NCBI GenBank assembly: GCA_000993565.1
Contig: LBWK01000001.1
Coordinates: 4,695-68,694, forward strand
Direction: 5' to 3'
From: a candidate division WS6 bacterium GW2011_GWF2_39_15
GTDB lineage: Bacteria; Patescibacteriota; Dojkabacteria; SC72
DNA length: 64,000 nucleotides
Every line of letters starts with the position of its first letter. The stretch's first letter is position 1. This document shows, piece after piece, positions 59,330 through 64,000 of this stretch. Under the pieces are notes generated by a model. The model saw only the letters and a program-made list of their open reading frames with translations. It searched no databases and was not told the DNA's origin. A program made the position numbers and the translations under genes.

Positions 59330-60985
59330 ATGTTTAGCTGGCTTTTCAAGAACACGAAAGAAGGAAAGGATAGAGGAGATACTCAAAAAATCAGGAAAGA
59401 TCTTGTCGTACTTTTAATACTAGACGGACTTGGAGTTCATCCGGATAAGTTGGGTAATGCCGTACTTCAATCTAAGACACCATTTCTCGATACCGCTTGG
59501 ACATATGGGCGTTCCACCCTTTTACACGCCTCAGGAACGCACGTAGGCCTTCCTCAAGATGAACCTGGGAATAGTGAAGTAGGGCATTTGAATATAGGTA
59601 GTGGTCAAGTGATCTATCAAAGTCTTCCGAGAATTAATGATGCAATAGCAAATGGAGATCTGGATGAAAATCCTGTGATCAGGGAGATGTTTGATGAGGT
59701 TAAGAAGCGTAAAAGTGACCTACATCTTTTTGGAATTCTTAGTGCTGGGGGAGTGCATGGTCATATTGAACATCTATTCCACCTTATCGATTTGGCTAAA
59801 AAAGAGGGTATTCAACCATATATTCATGCGATGCTTGACGGTAGAGATACAGGAGCCACTGACGGCTATTTTTATGTGAGTAAGCTAGTTCAGAAGATGA
59901 AGGAGACAGGAGTAGGGCGGCTTGCAACTATAATGGGAAGATTTTACGGGATGGATCGTGATAACAGATGGGAGAGAACTCATAGAGCATATAATGCCCT
60001 TGTAGGGATGGGAGAAAGGAAGGCTACAGATGCATATGCCCTGCTTCAAGAATGCTATAAAAAGGGAGAAAACGATCAGTTCATACTTCCCACTACACTT
60101 GTAGATGATAAGGGTATTCCTGTGGGAGCAATTAAGGATAATGATTCAGTCCTTTTCTATAATTTTCGCGAAGATCGTGCCCGTCAAATCACCAAGGTTT
60201 TCGTTCAATCGGATTTTAACAAGTTTCCCAAAGTGGTATCACCTAAGAACCTCTTTTTTGTGACAATGACTGGTTACGCTGACGATTTGCCAACGCATAT
60301 AGTTTTCCCGCCTAAAAAGATCACTGAAACACTCTCTTCTGCAATATCAAATAACCGCATGAACCAGCTACACATAAGTGAAACAGAAAAGTTCATGCAC
60401 GTGACATACTTTTTCAATGGTGGTGTTGAAGAACCTCATACCGGTGAGGATTTCTTCAATATCCCTTCTCAAAAGGTTTTTGACTATGCCACAGTCCCTG
60501 CTATGAGTGCAGAAATTATCAAAGACGAAGTGATATATAGGTTAAATAACCTTGATAAGAAAAAGTACTCATTTATTATCATTAATTTCGCTAACCCGGA
60601 TATGCTTGGTCATACCGGTAATCTTGAAGCCACAATTAAGGGTAATGGGATTGTTGATCAGTTTGCAAAAGAAATTGCCTTTAAAGTATTAGAGATGAAT
60701 GGGGCACTTATGATGATTGCAGATCACGGTAACTGTGAGACCATGATAGATCGTGTAACAAAAAGAGTTGATACAGCTCATACGAACAACCCTGTTCCAT
60801 TTGTTGTATTAAGCGATATTACAGAGTTGACCCTGGCCGACCCGAAAAAAGTTATCAAGATAGGTACAGGTGATAAGGCAACACCTACAGGAATTCTTGC
60901 TGATGTTGCTCCTACAATTTTAAATATATTAGGAGTTGAACCGCCTCAATCTATGACGGGAATTGATATCCTCTCTGTCGTTTAG
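59330..60985 (+). CDS. gpmI: 2,3-bisphosphoglycerate-independent phosphoglycerate mutase
   Basis: LILDG, GNSEVGH, DGRD, MDRDNRW, NPDMLGH, ADHGN. Confidence 0.97.
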   Translation: MFSWLFKNTKEGKDRGDTQKIRKDLVVLLILDGLGVHPDKLGNAVLQSKTPFLDTAWTYGRSTLLHASGTHVGLPQDEPGNSEVGHLNIGSGQVIYQSLPRINDAIANGDLDENPVIREMFDEVKKRKSDLHLFGILSAGGVHGHIEHLFHLIDLAKKEGIQPYIHAMLDGRDTGATDGYFYVSKLVQKMKETGVGRLATIMGRFYGMDRDNRWERTHRAYNALVGMGERKATDAYALLQECYKKGENDQFILPTTLVDDKGIPVGAIKDNDSVLFYNFREDRARQITKVFVQSDFNKFPKVVSPKNLFFVTMTGYADDLPTHIVFPPKKITETLSSAISNNRMNQLHISETEKFMHVTYFFNGGVEEPHTGEDFFNIPSQKVFDYATVPAMSAEIIKDEVIYRLNNLDKKKYSFIIINFANPDMLGHTGNLEATIKGNGIVDQFAKEIAFKVLEMNGALMMIADHGNCETMIDRVTKRVDTAHTNNPVPFVVLSDITELTLADPKKVIKIGTGDKATPTGILADVAPTILNILGVEPPQSMTGIDILSVV

Positions 60986-60986
60986 T

Positions 60987-61757
60987 TCAAAGGATAAAAA
61001 GGAAGATAATAAGTCCTAAGACTATTCTATATACACCGAAATATCTTAAGAATCTTGATTTGGATATCTTCTCAAGAAGGTACAAAGATAGGTAACCGAC
61101 TACAAATGTTATAAGGATACCTATTAATACTCTTGAATCTGAAAAAATGTTGATGCTATTGACATTCTTTATCATCTCGTAAACGAAGGAGCCAAAGAGC
61201 ACCGGCAGTCCCAATATAAAACTTAACCTTATTGCTGTGTACTGATCTAGGCCGGAAAGCATTCCTCCCAAAGTCGTAATACCTGACCTTGAGACTCCGG
61301 GGATTAAAGCTAGAGCTTGTGAGAGTCCGGAGATAAAGGTTTGTCTAAAGGTGGTATTTTCAATTTCAGATTCTACCTTCCTTTCTTTAAATCTTAAATC
61401 TGCAATGACCATTAACACACCAACAACGATGAGTGAGATTGCTACAACATAAGTCTCATGAAGCTGAGCTTCGATAGCATCACCCCATAGAATCCCTATA
61501 AGTCCTGCTGGTATGGATGCCAAAGCTATGTATATGTACAGTTTGAATTTCGAGGATATATTTGTAAATAGAAATTTCCAGTTGAATAAGACAATAGCTA
61601 GCGTTGTTCCTAAATGAAAGGTTGTAAGGGTAAAATTGGAGAGATTTTCTATATTCAATAACTTTGTTACAAGGATCAAATGTCCAGAACTGGAAATAGG
61701 CAAAAGCTCTGTAATCCCCTGTACTACAGAAAGAAGAATTGTTTGTATTAGATCCAT
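60987..61757 (-). CDS. uppP: Undecaprenyl-diphosphate phosphatase
   Basis: QGITELLPISSSGH, PGVSRSG, YRI. Confidence 0.96.
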   Translation of the reverse strand: MDLIQTILLSVVQGITELLPISSSGHLILVTKLLNIENLSNFTLTTFHLGTTLAIVLFNWKFLFTNISSKFKLYIYIALASIPAGLIGILWGDAIEAQLHETYVVAISLIVVGVLMVIADLRFKERKVESEIENTTFRQTFISGLSQALALIPGVSRSGITTLGGMLSGLDQYTAIRLSFILGLPVLFGSFVYEMIKNVNSINIFSDSRVLIGILITFVVGYLSLYLLEKISKSRFLRYFGVYRIVLGLIIFLFIL

Positions 61758-61781
61758 TATATTGATACTATAAACGTAGAA

Positions 61782-63452
61782 ATGAGAACTGTAAAGATAG
61801 TATACATAATTGGAGCAATTTCTGTAGTTTCACTTTTAGGAGTCTTTTTTCTAAAGAATCCTTTTCAACCACGTGTAGTGAATATTATAAATGATAATAC
61901 TCCGAAAACTGTTGAAAGAATTGGTAGTACACGGATAGTTCCTCCGCACTCAATAACTCTAAGCTTCCAAAAAATTGTCACGACTTTAAAGCCTGCAGCC
62001 GCAACTAAATTTTATACATCGCATGAAGAACATGAGCTTAAGTACGGTAAAGAACCTTTTAATTGGGATGAACCTCTGATTGAAGATAGTACATCAAGGG
62101 TTTTAAGCATCGTTGATCGAAAAATCATGTATACCAACCCTAATAATGACAAGGAAGTTATGGGTTTTCTCCCCTACTGGCAGCTTTCTAAGTACCGTCA
62201 ATTGCAATATGACAAACTTTCATCAATCTCATATTTCTCCCTTACTTGCTACGACAATGGTCAATGGGTGACAGACTCTTCTGATTATATAGGTTTCAAC
62301 TCAGCCTCGTTTACAAATATGGTTACCTTGGCGCATCAAAACAATGTTAAGGTGTATCTGGTGGTTAAGAACTTCCACAATCGCAGTATCCGTGATTTGG
62401 TCGCGAATAAAGGGGGTGCTGGGGAAGTCTTGATTAATAATATTGTTAATGCAGTCAGAACTAAAGGTTTGGATGGCGTTAATGTCGATTTTGAATATAT
62501 CCCTGACAGCTCCTATCCCGTAAATACAACGTTAAGGTCAAACTTTGTTAAATGGCATGATAATCTTGCAGATAGGATTCATGCCGAGTTTCCTGGTGCA
62601 ACCGTTAGCACTGATGTTTTCGGATCTTCTGCCGTTAGCTATTCTGCCTATGACATAGCCAATCTTGGAGCAACCTCATTAGATTATATTATGTTCATGA
62701 CATATGACTACATAACAACTTCTTGTTACGAAGGTAAGAAGGTAGCTCCTGAGTCGCCTCTATATGGAAACAATCTTTATGGTACACCCAACTGGAACGT
62801 CTCTTCGCATTTAACCGCAGCGGCAAGACTTGCGACTGCCAAGAAAGTATTAATGGGTATACCGTATTATGGAATTGATTTCGCTGTTAAACCCAATGAG
62901 TTTTCAAAATACAATGCTCTTGCTAATTATCCCAATTGTGGTGCTGGGACTGAAGTATATAGTTCAATTGTTGATCCTAAGTTTGATAACGTACATAACG
63001 CCTCAACAATAAAGTGGAACGATGTTGAAAAAGCCACCTGGTATGCATATCAGCTCAATGGAGAATACCGCCACGGATACTACGATGACCCTCGTAGCCT
63101 TCGAGCAAAATATGATTTTGTTCGTACCACTAAACTTGGTGGAATTGGAATCTGGGCTTTGGGTTATGATGCAGGGTACTCTGACTTATGGAATGTTCTT
63201 AGGGAGAAGTTTCAAACAGGACCTTTTGTTCTTGCTTTCACTTTGGCGACATCAAATTCTCGAGCAGTGCAAATTATGGATGAACTAAATGTTGATGTTA
63301 TCTCTCAGATCAGTAATAATGTCTGGGAAGTTAAACCGGAATCCGGGCTTACAAGCCTAAGTATTACAGCTGCTAAGAAGTATCCTGAGGTTGTAGTGGC
63401 AGAGTTTGAAAATACGGATTCAGATAGAGACGTAAATTTACATTTTGAATGA
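61782..63452 (+). CDS. Membrane-anchored GH18 glycoside hydrolase
   Basis: LDGVNVDFE, MTYDY, MGIPYYG, LGGIGIWALGYD. Confidence 0.92.
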   Translation: MRTVKIVYIIGAISVVSLLGVFFLKNPFQPRVVNIINDNTPKTVERIGSTRIVPPHSITLSFQKIVTTLKPAAATKFYTSHEEHELKYGKEPFNWDEPLIEDSTSRVLSIVDRKIMYTNPNNDKEVMGFLPYWQLSKYRQLQYDKLSSISYFSLTCYDNGQWVTDSSDYIGFNSASFTNMVTLAHQNNVKVYLVVKNFHNRSIRDLVANKGGAGEVLINNIVNAVRTKGLDGVNVDFEYIPDSSYPVNTTLRSNFVKWHDNLADRIHAEFPGATVSTDVFGSSAVSYSAYDIANLGATSLDYIMFMTYDYITTSCYEGKKVAPESPLYGNNLYGTPNWNVSSHLTAAARLATAKKVLMGIPYYGIDFAVKPNEFSKYNALANYPNCGAGTEVYSSIVDPKFDNVHNASTIKWNDVEKATWYAYQLNGEYRHGYYDDPRSLRAKYDFVRTTKLGGIGIWALGYDAGYSDLWNVLREKFQTGPFVLAFTLATSNSRAVQIMDELNVDVISQISNNVWEVKPESGLTSLSITAAKKYPEVVVAEFENTDSDRDVNLHFE

Positions 63453-64000
63453 TGAAGAGAGTAATCAAAAATATTTCTATATTGTTTTTTTTAATAATCC
63501 AAATCTCGTCAGCATTACTTCTTCCTGTAAGAACTGCTGCAGCTGAGGCCTTTATTTCTTCTCCAGCACAATATCCTGCCGATAAGGTTGACGATATTGC
63601 TTCTGATATTGTAGAAGGGAACAAGCTTCCACTTAAAGCCACCTTTTTTGCAAGTGGTGATAGTATCGTTGAAGAAAAATTTACAGTCTTTTTAAGAAAA
63701 TCATCCTCAAAAAATACTAGAGGTATCTTGAAAGCAGCTGATAAATACACTCTTGGTGATGAGTTTGGAGAATCTATAGCTATCCCGGTAACAATTGAAA
63801 ATAAGGAGAAAAGGGAAAGTATTCTTAATGAATTAGACGTAAATCCGGAAGTAATTGCGATTACACAAGTTGGAAGAAGGTTTGTAAGTGTTGTAAATGC
63901 TCCTAACGATCCGAAATATCCTCCTGCCGGAAACTTTACTGATACCTACCAATGGAATTTGAATCAACCTGCCTTAGGTAATTATGGAATTGATCTCTTA
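63449..64000 (+). CDS. Probable secreted S8 (subtilisin-like) peptidase, 3'-truncated by window
   Basis: Open frame to window end (absent from ORF track); signal peptide, pro-region, then APNDPKY...QWNL; catalytic residues not in window. Confidence 0.6.
   Translation, partial: MMKRVIKNISILFFLIIQISSALLLPVRTAAAEAFISSPAQYPADKVDDIASDIVEGNKLPLKATFFASGDSIVEEKFTVFLRKSSSKNTRGILKAADKYTLGDEFGESIAIPVTIENKEKRESILNELDVNPEVIAITQVGRRFVSVVNAPNDPKYPPAGNFTDTYQWNLNQPALGNYGIDLL

Noticed and set aside
63373-63750. 125 aa minus-strand ORF
   Set aside because: Antisense to the open plus-strand S8-like gene
1-64000. CRISPR array, IS elements, rRNA, stop-codon recoding and the remaining small nested ORFs
   Set aside because: No regularly spaced repeats, transposase motifs or rRNA seen; TGA ends intact genes such as umuD and uppP; nested ORFs are shadows of well-supported genes

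Overview
A 64 kb stretch of a low-GC, genetic code 11 bacterial chromosome. The gene set and compact, mostly SD-less layout suggest Patescibacteria/CPR (inference only). Housekeeping genes include rmuC, recA-recX-recJ, aspS, gltX, typA, ung, pepF, ileS, umuDC, hpf, prfB-ftsE-ftsX-M23, gpmI and uppP, plus tRNA-Gln(CTG) and tRNA-Asn(GTT). I saw no CRISPR array, transposase, integrase or prophage. Most interesting: (1) a five-gene locus at 13480-18723 that reads like a donor-strand-polymerised surface fibre with a repeat-bearing tip protein, major subunit, membrane chaperone, dockerin-bearing terminator and membrane cohesin anchor; (2) an ileS T-box combining the actinobacterial-type ultrashort Stem I with a transcription terminator, upstream of a GLHH-motif IleRS2; (3) an AspRS fused to a YeaK/ProXp-y-like editing domain behind an abbreviated T-box; (4) an orphan structured RNA near 50130-50243 with SAM-I-like signatures; (5) a separate TasA-SipW fibre pair, a circularly permuted M23 peptidase and widespread apparent leaderless genes. 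All family calls are from manual motif recognition, not database searches.
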